Assembly: GCF_037042905.1 (NCBI RefSeq)
Contig: NC_087250.1
Span: forward strand, 22,384,001-22,448,000
Reading direction: 5' to 3'
DNA from: Lytechinus pictus
Lineage: Eukaryota
Length of the DNA stretch: 64,000 bases
This document shows, piece by piece, positions 1 to 12,700 of the stretch (position 1 is the stretch's first letter; each line of letters starts with the position of its first letter). The position numbers and the translations under genes are program-made. The notes below the pieces were generated by a model. The model saw only the letters and a list, made by a program, of their open reading frames with translations, was not told where the DNA came from and searched no databases.

Positions 1-65
1 TCCCATAATTTTAGCACAGAGTTAGATCATGGTCTAAGTTAAAACCTGACTTCAGAATACGGACA

Positions 66-430
66 TATCAGTGTAAAGATAATTTAACACTGTCAATGAC
101 TGGACCCCTCGTCGATGTGAGTGTTCACAGTGTGTTTACATCGGGTACTATAAGACAATATGATTCACACTGTTACAATGCTCAAACTTAACAGTGTAAA
201 GATATTCTTACACTGTGGACGTCTCAACAGTGACTGTTCACAACATGTTCACTCGTCGATTGTGTGAATATGTGATTCACACTGTTGAAATGCTCAAACT
301 TAACAGTGTGAAGGTTATTTCACAATATTATCCATAGTATGAACACATATTGTAAACGCAATGTGAACACACTGTGTTTCACACTATGTGACACAGTGTG
401 ACCACAACGTGGAACAGTGACAAACTGCCG
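66..430. repeat. Degenerate CACACTG/CAGTGTG-rich repeat with ~112-bp internal duplication; related to 2480-2785
   Basis: gattcacactgtt..aatgctcaaacttaacagtgt at ~160 and ~272; similar motifs at 2605-2785. Confidence 0.5.
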
Positions 431-615
431 ACACAAAAGTAATATCATCATCAGGTGCCATCGTCCCAGTTTTATAAAATAGAATGCAATATCTGATGCA
501 CTGTGTGATCTAAACGTCATCATCGCACCCAATTATGCCGGCTGATCGTGTTTGGTACAGGGCAGTTCTATCAAGCATCTTAGATTGATCTTTTTTATTT
601 TTTTATTTTTTTCAG

Positions 616-700
616 ATAATATTCCAAGCATACGTTGGAGCTTCATTCACGGGAGATATAGCCATTGATGATATCCATATTTATCCTGGAGACTGCGCTG
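616..700 (+). CDS. Exon 1 (end of MAM M0)
   Basis: ttcag|[28 protein letters not shown]|gtgag. Confidence 0.88.
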
Positions 701-3700
701 GTGAGGAAACGAAAATGTTATGATTACTTGAAAAAACAATTATTATTTCAGAACCGTTAACTTCATATTCAATTTAATTTCTACAAAGATCAGTCAATAT
801 TTTTCACGAAGTAAGGTATTTGACTTTTGATTGTGAGCCTATCTGCCTATAGTTTGTTCATTATTTTCTGTCTGTAGATATTTAGGAAAAGTGATAACTG
901 CAGAATTAAGAAGATGTTTAAAATTGATTGTCCAAATCTTTTATTTATTTTTGATTTGCCATGTACGTAGCCACACCAACTTGCAACTTTGAGAACTCTC
1001 TTATCTGCGGCTACCAGCAAGACGCGACCGACAATTTTGATTGGACCTATGGGTCAGGTGACACTTCCACGCCACTCACTGGACCATCTGCTGACGTCAC
1101 GTACGGGACAGCCTTTGGTAAGAAGTGTGAAGGAGCACCACTAGAACAGTCACAAGCGAAACTGAGTCCAGACTATCCAAGTTATTTACAGGGATGCCAC
1201 TTTTCTGTTTTTACACAGAATTCCGGGTCCCCCCCCCCCCCCGTCATCTATCTTATTTCTTTTTTTTTCCCACGTTTGCCGTTTTCTATGTATCAGAAAA
1301 AAGTCGGAATATTCCGCCTTTCTCCTCCCCTCTATTTCTCATTTTCATGTCCGATCACAGAGAGATACTGGTACACAGTTGTACATGTGTAGGTCACAGT
1401 TTTGGGCTCATTGCACTTGTTTGACCGAGGGAACCATCTTTAAAATAGCTATGACTGTAGCATAAAGGGAGACTCTCCAATGTGGTCAGTTGCTCAGGGA
1501 GTGTGCTCTCGGACCCCTGTGCTTTGAACAAGTGTTGATTTTTTTTTCTGTAAAAATTATTGAAGATGAATTGCCAAGTTTAGTTTAAATAGCTAGGGCC
1601 ATTCAGTACCTATTGGCATCTATCTATGATTTGAATTTTATAAGAACTAAGTTTAAAATGTAAATACAATTTGTATTATGTCACAGGACAACATGATGAA
1701 AGTGTGTAATGGGGTCCTTTGAAATCAAACAAACAGTCATGCTTAACCAATCAAAACGGGTATTTCAGACTTTTTCAATTTCTTTGGGTTGGGTTTTAAT
1801 TTGCAGCACTTTTATGTATTAGGGCCCCCAAAATGTTATGTTATTTGCACACTAAAGAAAGGGAAGTGTATTCCTTTAGGGCTTAAATCCAATAAGGAAT
1901 TCACCCTTGAGTGACAAAGTTTTTTAGTCTTTGTTCTGCAATGTTTTATTTTTTTCTTGTTTCCTTGATTTTGTACTTTAATCGTGCAATACTTCTTGTA
2001 AATATTTTGATTTTCTTGATTTTTTTTAATAAAAACAGAATTATTTAAGAAAAAGTTGGCAGTGTGGGGCCAAAAATAAATTTCTTAACATACTGCAAAA
2101 GTGCAATTGTGATCACAATCACAAGGAATTGAATCGTATGCACCTTTTTCTTTCATTTTTCTTTTGTTCTTAAAGGCCACTATATGTACATCGAGGCATC
2201 TCAGCCGAACTCCCCTGGGGCTGTGGCTCGTCTGATTGGCCCACATATTTCGATGGAGAGTACCTCAGCAATCTGTTGGAGTCTGTCTTTCCATATGTAT
2301 GGCCAAGACATTGGCAGTCTCAACATACTTGTAAGTCAGAACATAATAATCTATACTGAATAATGATTATGATAATAATAATGATATGAATATTAATAAT
2401 GTAACACTTATGAGAAGCCAATTATCTATTTCTTAGACCTACTTCTTTCATGAGCCCCACCAGGGAAGTCTCACTGCGGCTGAAAAGTCCACAGTGCCAC
2501 AGTGTGTTTAGAATGTCCACAGCAACACACAGTGTTTTGATTATATGTTCACAGTGTGTTTGCGGTGTTTTCACACTGTTCATATAGTGGACTAGATGAA
2601 TATGTGATTACACTGTTAATTGCTTTAATTTAACACTATGGAGATAATTTCACACTGCATACTTCAACAATGCGAGTGTTTACAGTGTGTTCATACTGTG
2701 CGCTATGCTACTGTTAAAATGATCAAATTTAACAGTATTGCGAGAATTTCCCACAGTTGGCACACTGCAGTGCACACTGTGGTATACTGTGTTCTTTCCA
2801 GCCAATCCCAGCCCCCTCTCTGTCTCACACATACACACACACACCTCTACCTCTATCCTACAAACCCACCCTCTCCCTACTCCAATCTCCCCCTCCTCCC
2901 ATAAGAAAAGATAAGAAAAAGATTCTGAGTGGTCTTTGCAAAATTCTTTAGCATCTTAGTCACCTCCATCTAAGAAAGGATTTTTGCAGTTTTTCATGTA
3001 CTTAAAAGTATATTTAAAATGCTTAAGTTCCTTCCAGAAAGTTCAGGTATGCATATTAGTATAAAAAAAAGGGAATTGAAATCAAAACATAATGCCAGGT
3101 GATATTTCACTTTCTTAAATATCATATGACTGAATACGCTACATACGAAACTGGTTGAAACTTTAATAGCATATCCTACGTATAGAACTTGGATATCATT
3201 TTTTCCTTCGTTGCAGACCCAAAATGCAGATGCGTCTACCACACTTGTGATGTCATTATCTGGTAACCAAGGCAACCAGTGGTATAGTACCGCCTTCGAG
3301 GTAACATCCAACGGCTACGAGATCGTCTTCGAGGGCGTGGTCGGTCAGGGAGAAGAAGGGGATATTGCCATCGATGACGTCAAAATGATCCAAGGAAGCT
3401 GTGGAGGATTGTGTAAGACATTGTCATAATTCTTTTTATAATTATCATTATTATTTAAATCGGTAGTATTATCATTTCAAATTGTAGTAGGAGTAGAAGT
3501 AGTAGTATCTATTTCTTAATTATCATCTGATTCATCTCATAATGTACATAAGGAATGTATTTAGATGCAGACAAAAAATTGAAGAAAAAAAAATGTTTCT
3601 TGAAATCATAGATCAAAGTGCATTGAGAGAGCATGGATTCCAAACCAGCTTTAGGTGAATTATGTCCTCGAATTTGTTCTTGATAATGAGATAATCACTC

Positions 3701-6700
3701 CTAAAACCATTCCATTATATTGTTAAAATACAATTTATGGCTTTCAATCAAGTAACTAAGATTGCCTTGATCGATTTATATGATTAGTCCAAAAAATCTA
3801 GTAACCAGCAAGATTTTAATCTCTCATCATCTGGGTCCCGTCTTACAAAGAGTTACGATTGATCCAATCAATCGCAACTCTATGGAAATCCATCAATGTC
3901 ATAATTTTTCTACCGGAAATTTGCACAATGTCCTTGGTAAACAAAAAGAAGCACAGTGAATTTTCAAGAAAACAATGAATGGAGGAATATAAATCATAGT
4001 TAGAAAATATTTTGAACAATCATGCATAAAAGATTGTGATGTTGCTGGCAGTCCATAGTTGCGATTGATCGGATCAACCGCAACTCTTTGTAAGACAGAC
4101 CCCAGATTGCTAGTCACCATTTTGTTCCATATTTTCAGTGGACTGTGATTTTGAGGACCAGAGGTTCTGCCAGTGGACCAATGGACTCAATGATGAATTC
4201 GACTGGATAAGGGTACAGGGTGGCACCCCTTCAGCTTCCACCGGCCCCCTCTATGACCACACCCTTGGATCAACAGGATCTGGTAATATGCTTTAAGCAG
4301 TATATTAGGGAGTTGTAACTGCAACATGAAAACATTCAAACAATAAATGTCTTGAAATTACAGTCAAATGTATATGTTTATGATATGTTTCTGTTTACGG
4401 TAACACCTGAAGGAACTCGGCAGGACAGCGTTTTTCTGGTAAAACGCCAAGCTGGTATAGAAACCAATTACCTAGGAAACATTTTACATCTCGGTTAATC
4501 AGTCATAGTGGCTGACCTTACAGACAACAGATATTACTATCGGGCCTTTCTGTCAAAGTGGAGACAATGGCAGAGTGAAGATTCGAAGTCACTACCTTGC
4601 AATTATGAGTCCGATGCTCTAACCACTGGACCACACGACCTGTTAAACTTTTATAAATGGAAGGAATTCAAGTGGTATCACTACAATTTTAGCCTAATGC
4701 TATTAACAATAACCCAGAACCCTGCAGGCCTTTCAACATAATGTAGTACGCCTTTAAAGAAACATTGTATTAAGTGTAGGGCAATCATTGATGTCCAACA
4801 AAGAGTAACAATTAGATGGTAAATATTTATTGTATCATTGTATGGCATATATGTCCATCTTGTGGTGCTCAATTATGGCACTCCAATGTCACTAAAGTTA
4901 ACAAAGTCAGGCTACTGATATTGGTGCCCACAACTTTTTGAGGAATTACTTCCTGCCAGAACCCATTTTCCTAACCTGAGTTGAGTGCAGCACATTGTGA
5001 ATCAATTTCTTGCCGAATGAAAATATGTCATGGCTTGGATTTTAAACCATGACCCCCATGCTTCAAAGTCCAAAGATGCTCCACATGCCTAGCTCGTTTT
5101 TTTTTGGGGGGGGGTTCCTTGTGGTGAAATATCCCTCTAATTTCTCACTATATCTTTCTCTTTTTTTCTCTCTTAAAAGGATACTATGTCTATATCGAGG
5201 GTAGTTCTCCTCAGATCGCAGGAGATACAGCAAAGCTTCAAAGCCCTGTTTATACAACCGATGGAAACGATGTGTGCTTTACATTCTGGTTCAATATGCA
5301 TGGGACACAGGTCGCTGATCTGCGACTCTACAAGTAAGTTTCAAGCTACACTGACTGCCTCCTTCAATCCTGAAGATTCTTGCAGTATTTTAGTACCGGG
5401 GGCCGGCAGGTGCAATACACCGGGTGAACACCCTACTCTTTGACGAATAGTGTATTGGTTTTAACGTGCATAGGTTGTGACACTCCTATACATGGGACCA
5501 ACATTTGCATCCTTTCCGATGGAAGGAGTGTTTTCCAACTGCATTCACACCTGCACTGAATACAGTGGTGAGGCACGCTAACACACAACGCTATAGCATC
5601 AGATTTTTTGTTAGACGCATTTCGGCATGAGCGGGATTCGAACCCCTCACGTTGAGATCTACGATCTTATCCGAAATATGCGCTCTAACCAACTGAGCTA
5701 CGCTGCCTCCAAGTTTACTTCTTTAACAATCATGATTAGCTATTTCTGTGCATATGAAAGAAATATGGTGCAGTGTAAATGTGGTAGATCATCAACAATC
5801 GTCATACATCCTTATCATGACTGCTGGCAAATACTGTAAGATTGAGCTTAAAATCGGGTGTAACTTCATTGGATACACGGCCGTATGAAGCGAGTGCTGA
5901 AGCACCCCAAGATTTATTTCTGAGGGTATTGTGTATGTTAAACATGGGCAACACTTTCTGGAAAACAGGTTAGTGTGCTAAAATTTAGAATTTTTTACCA
6001 AAATCACATTTTTTTCATTTTCTTTTTTTTTTTCTTCAAATTTTCTGTAAACAAATTCACAGAATAATAAAACTCCCCCTTCAAAAATTGTTTTAGGCCC
6101 CTGATCAACTAAATGCAAATCTGTATTTCACTTGTAACTCGCCTTTCTTTTAACAACCTGTTATGCTTTCACTTGGAACATGATTTAAAATTGAATGTAG
6201 GTTTCTTGCAACGCCCCATTTGATCGAAACCCTCATCATTCTACTGATTATACGAAGTTTCTTGAATACTACATCCCTTGCAATATCTATCGTACTCTGC
6301 AGATACGAGTTGTCTTCTGGAACAGCCAACCCCGCTGACCTTGTCTGGTTACTCTATGGTCAACAGAGCACGGATCAGACACACTGGATCCAAGGGCAGG
6401 TTGCCCTCAACGGAGAGTTTACGGTAAAGTGAATATATATATATATACTGCTGAAATAATAATAATAATAAAAGGCATTTATGTAGCGCCATCTATCAAG
6501 AAATATTATATTCCGAGTCGCGTTGTAAAATAAATGAAATAAATAAAAATAATGTTCAAGCTTCTACCAACCTAAAATATATATTTGCCAAAATGTCATC
6601 CTCTCTAGTGGACTTTTTTCAGTCAAAAGCTTGTCAAACATATTGTTGAGTTTGGTATAAGCTTCAACAGTATTTTGTTTGAACTTTCCCTTCCTATGAA

Positions 6701-9700
6701 AGTTTTCTGTCCATACAGCTTAAATATGTATTCGACTTGAAGAGGGGTTTGAATTGTTAAACATCAATTGTCTCATATATCATGCAGGTTGCTGCTTTTC
6801 TTTTAAAATAAACCAAAAATATTGTACAGATGGCTTATTGAGCAAAGTCATTCCTAATTAAAGAAGTTTTGTAATGTCTTTGTAATGATGTTTTGTTTCA
6901 TGCATAGTAATGCGTAACCAAGAAAGATACTATGGCTATTATGCGTTTATCAAGTATCTCTATTTTCATTCTTCTCTAATTTTTTAAAGCTTAATTTGAT
7001 TATTTTTTTGTTCTAAGAATGTAATCAATTATTCCATATTTTTTTTTAATTACGGTTGAAACAATTGGTGATTTTTTGTTGAATTTTGTCATATTTAATT
7101 TTAGCTTTCAGTGACTGTGAATTAGTGCATTGATGACTACGTTTGGAAAACATAACAAAGGCGTGAAATTAATCAGTTTTTAATATAGCAAAAGAAACTA
7201 ATCAGATACTACTAATTCTCAGAACTTAGATTCTTAATTGTGAGATACTTAGCCATGATTTAGGGATATAATTCCCCTTTGCAAAGATAATTTTTCAGAA
7301 AACGAAGCTATACCGTAATTACTCTCTTTGACTCTGTTATTCATACATGAATCTTAATTATTAGCGGGATTCAACTAGAATTGGGGGTTCAATTAAATAT
7401 ACACAAAGAGACGAGAGTAGTACAATGATTATAAGATATAATATCATATAGGTTACTAGTGTTAAGCGCCTGTGATTAATAAGGGAATCAATATCTTAAT
7501 TTCTTAATCCTCATTTCTTTCACAGCTTGAGTTCTGGGGCGTGGTTGGTGTAGGGTTCTACAGTGACATCGCCATTGATGATATCCTGGTAGTACAAGGG
7601 ACATGCGACGGTATGCTGTTAAGGAGGGAATAAAGTGTTATTTAGACTTGTATAACCCAATGGCCCGAATTCACAAAGGTGGTTTTGAAAACCCACGGTT
7701 GAGTCCATGGTTTATGCAGATTTCATGTATAAATTACGCTTATTTAACCGCGTATATTAAAAAATGTCCAATGCTGATGCGCGCTTTTGTCACAGTGCAC
7801 CAAATTGACGCCTGTTGCCGTGGTTATCCACGCTATTTTATTCATGAGGCCACTCTTCAAACAGTGGACTCATTAATAAAATAGCGTATCTAACCATGGT
7901 AACAAGCGTAAATTTGGCGCACTGTGGCAAAAGCGTGCATCAGCATTGGACATTTTTTATACATGCGCCCGATACGCGCTAAATTAAGTGTAATCTATAC
8001 AGGAAATCTGCATAAACCATGGATTCAACCGTAAAAAAACCATAGGTTTTCAAAACCACCTTTGTGAATTTGGGCCAATTAGTTTTATATAGAATATGTT
8101 TGCACTGAGAGGAATCAGACAAAACTAATGAAGATAAAGCTTTAATATATTAAATCATTCCTCAATGCTATCTCATTTGTTTATTAAACCTAAATGCATT
8201 TACTATGAGAAAGGTCATCTTAAATAATCAATGAAATAATTTGTTGAAGCTTGCAGTGCGATGTATTTTTTTAACAGGTCCTGTAATTTATAGAAATATT
8301 TTTTGTTTTGTCTTCAATGACTCTGATACATGTTACCATTGCTTACTCGAAATTATGTTCTAATGATCTCTAGTAGGAGCATGCGGGATCTATAAATCTT
8401 TTATTATTTTCTGGTCTTATCATGATACAATTTGCACTCAAAATTTAGAATTGTCCCTTTTACAAAATGAAGAATAAGAATAAAACAAGAAGAGGAGAAG
8501 AAGAAACCAAAGAAGTAGGAGGAGGAGGAGGAGTGGAAGAAGAGGAGGAAAAGAAGAACAATTGACCCAAAAGTACTAACCTATGAAATTTACATGGCAT
8601 TATCTCAAACCGTATTATGGCTTGGTAATCACAAAACGAGAGAAGCCTTGCAAGCTTCCATCCATTTTAACTGTTAGTAATAATCACCCATGCTACAAAG
8701 ATCTAATTATCTTTCTATCCCATCTGTACAGTTTTACCACCTGAAGCTGACCCAAATCAAGTTGGACGAGGCATATCTTGTTCCTTTGATGGCACCATCT
8801 GCACCTGGACGCAGGACATCAATGACCAGTTCGACTGGTTATTGGCCTCTGGATCTACCCCATCAGTCGATACTGGACCAAGCGGTGACCATACATCTGG
8901 CACAGGTGATCACTAAAAACTCAATATTATTGGGGATCCTGCTCGTGAGGAGCTATAATTTCAAGACAATGAAGGCAATGATGACTAACAATCTTGAAAG
9001 AATCAAGATAGTTGGTTAAGTAGACCATACCATAACCTTTCTTACAGGTGAAGAATTTAAAAAATAAAATCAATGGAAACGGAGGTCTTGCCTGTCAGAG
9101 AATATAATTCAATAAAGCAAGAGGGGGCAATGAATGCTTCCTTGTGAGACTCCAACCAAAACCATACAGATTTGAATGCGTGAGCTATATATCGAACGTC
9201 GGTTAGGTAGACCAAACATTTTTTTATCTGTGGAGAAAGGAGCTCTCGACTATTTGTACTTTCTAGTGATATGGAGTATTTGGAATAAATCTTTAAAATA
9301 TTTGTTCCATCCTGCCTCACCTTTGGGTTGCCTCTATTTTGGTTTTGTGTTATATTTTATCTATCCATATCTTCTTACACTCGCTTGACTGTACATTTTC
9401 CTTTTCTTTCTCTCTTTCTCTGTTACCGTTTTATTCAATCTATCTTGTTCTAACTTTTGCAGGCTTTATGCAAGATTACAAACAATTTCTGCTATTTCAT
9501 AATTACACAGGTGTTTTGTAGTTCAAGTTCTGGTTGCCTCACTGATATGCAACAATGGGCCAACCATATGCACTTGAACAGGAATGGTTCCTCTGATGAA
9601 GATTGTTTCCCCCATCGATTTATACACAATTAGTGCTTCATAAATATTTGTTTTTAATATTCTTAGGAGGGTACGTCTTCACAGAGGCTTCTGCGCCAAG

Positions 9701-12700
9701 ACTACCCGGGGACATCGCCATCTTGACCTCCTCTAAAATGGACCCCACTGGTCCTTCTGGTGGTTGCTTCGTTTGGTGGTACCACATGTATGGTGGTACC
9801 ATGGGAACCTTCAATGTGTACCAGGAAAACAATGGTGTGCGGAACCAACGGTGGTCCAGGACCGGGGACCAGACCAATGAGTGGCTCATGGCCCAGCTCT
9901 GGATCAACAGCACCGACCCAACTAAGGTAAAACAAAGACAACCAAGAAGTTCCCTGGAAAGCTATGTGCACCAATTTGTTCAAAGTCAAGTTTGAAAGCA
10001 TACAGGGTGATTCCTTTTGTGTTGTACAGGACACTTTGTCAACAATTTCTTGTCTCTTAGCTGAATGCTTGAGCAATAATAGTTTGTTTTTTTCAATAAT
10101 AATGATAATGTGTAGTCATGTAAGAAACTGATAACCAACAAAAAATATTTGATTATAGGTGAATTATTGGTAAAAATGTTGTGTTTGTACGGGACTCAAA
10201 AAACGTCCCATACGACACGCAAAATTTTCACCTCTAATTCACCCATGAACTGATGGACGACATATTTTGGGGGTTGTCTTTTTTTTAACATGTCTACCTA
10301 GTAGTACTTATTTATTACCACATATTAAATTGAAATTCTTCATTTCTTTGGACAGCAGGTCGAAACATTTTATAAAAATGGCTGATTTTTCTAGTATGGA
10401 ATCGCCCTGCAAGGTTCTCTGATACCGATATGTTCATCCAAGTTGTATCAACCCCATTTCGCCTTAACTCTTACCATGTTGCTGTCACCAACTTACACCC
10501 AATGATAGATATAAGTTGTAACACTCAGTTAATTGTTATTGCTATTCAGATCCTGTTCGAAGGAATCGTTGGTTCATCTTGGGAAAGTGACATCGCAATC
10601 GATGACATAACTTACTCAGAGGGACCTTGTCCACCTCCACGTGTGTATTATAGAAATATTGTGTTATTATAAAAGGATGTAGTTCCAAACTTGTGTTAGA
10701 ATGGACTTTTCTTCTTAAATTCATGCATGGAGAGGAGGTATAGATATCAGTTATTGAAGTTAATATATATGACACTGTATAATTGTTGTAACTTGTATCA
10801 AATTTTCTCTTTTAACCAATAAATTTCTATTCTATCATGTTTATTCGAATGAAAGCTCATGATTTTCTAAAGTAAATTTAAGACATCTTTTATATCTAGT
10901 GGTAATAATGTAAGGTTTTTTAAACAGACAAAATTTAGGTGACCTGTAACTGTTTATACGCCTTGTACATGTAAAATACACAGATGAAAGGCTTTTTTTG
11001 TGTTTATGCATTGATTGAGCATGGTATACAAAGTGAATAAAAGTAAAATACAATATTTGCCTTGCAGCTACCTGTGACTTTTCAGACGACATCTGTGATT
11101 GGTCACAAGAGTTAACTTTGGATGATTTCGACTGGTCCATCGGATCGGGGGCTGATACTCGTTATGGGCCGACGGGCACTAGTTCCCTCCCTGATAAAAC
11201 TTCAGGAGTTGTTGGAGGTAAGTTATTATAACAAGGGTCTTTATCACATCTTCTATGACTAATTTTTATTCTACTCTTTTTATAACCCTTCACAAATATT
11301 GTGTGCTCGAGAAGGGAAATATTTAAATACTTAGACTCAATTTAGAAGCGCAATTTAAGGTACTGCAATACTTTTTTTTGTTTAATTTAATTTTTATAAA
11401 ACCGCTGTTCTTGAGGGCCCTGAGATCAAAATCAATGTGTTCAATATTTACAAACAATGCATCAATAAAACAGCCTACAAGTTTCACAAAGCAGCATTTA
11501 TATGATATATTTGAAAATCATATTTAAATGAAGTGCATAATGACAGATTGACAGACAAATAAGTTTAGAAAATCCAGATTACAAAGCAGGAAATTTAATA
11601 TCGTCTTCAAAATTGACTTAGTAATACAGACGAACGTTGCAATTCTATATCACATTATTTGAAATAAATTGATCCAATACAATATTTTCAGAAAATAAAA
11701 GCTCTCTTTTATTGGTCAAAAAATAGGTGGATATGCTTACATTGATCTGAAAGACTCCACATTGACTCCTGGAGACTCTGCTATGTTGAACAGCGCCCTC
11801 AGATCGCCACCAGACAGTGGAGCTGACTGCCTTGGTCTGTGGTACCATATTGACGCCATGGATGTTGGTGCAATCAATGTGTACCAGCTGACTAATGGTA
11901 GCTTGAGTGATGTACTATGGTCAATTAGTGGTAACCGCGATGACTATTGGTGGTTCGCCGGTGTCACCATGATCAGTAGGGCACCTTACCAGGTAAGTTG
12001 CGCCGCCCCATTCTCCTAATGGTCCTTTAAATTGTTATTTTTTTGTTTGATTATTTATTTCAAATCCATGAGGGGTGATCGCATGGGTCAATAATTACGA
12101 ATGATTTCTTGAAAGATAATTATTCTGACATGATTGATATGATTTAGGATAAGCAAAAAAAATCTTTAAAGATCTATGTCATTTCATTAATAGACGATAA
12201 CAACTGATTGGACAATAGCTAATGACATTCCACATCATGGGAATGACGGCATAAATGTGCTTCACCATCAGAATATATGTAAGAATATGTCGGGTATGGT
12301 AGATAAAGATACAAAAGCTGTAGGACACCTTAGCTGTAACCAGGGCATCTTGCTACTCTGCTTATTATTTTCGAGCTGCAAGCAAAAACGGTTACTCACT
12401 CTTAAAGCGCTTGAGCTCCCGTCTATTAAGCAGCCAGACTCGCTAGCAGCTATTTTTGAGCTGATGATAGGCAGAACAAACCAGGAAGGAATGCCGCAGT
12501 ATAAAGAGCGTATAGGATTATTTAAAGTATCCGTTTCCATATTGCCCCTCCCTCTTTTTTATCCATCTTTCTTTATTTCACCCCTTTTGTCATCTTCTTC
12601 TTTGCTTTTCTTTCCCCCATTCTTGAAACAGGCTGTGATAGAGGGCGTCGTTGGTACCGGAAGCCAAGGCGGCATTACTATTGATGAAGTAGGGTTTACA

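Noticed and set aside
5620..5710. Additional tRNA genes (also ~4570-4640, 14455-14527, 33490-33557, 57390-57455)
   Set aside because: A/B boxes are present but there is no complete cloverleaf; they are SINE heads or pseudo-tRNA sequence.
9638..10076. Minus-strand ORFs overlapping exons (also 43769-44044, 47525-47789, 58435-58725)
   Set aside because: Antisense shadows of GC-richer coding exons, with no independent gene structure.
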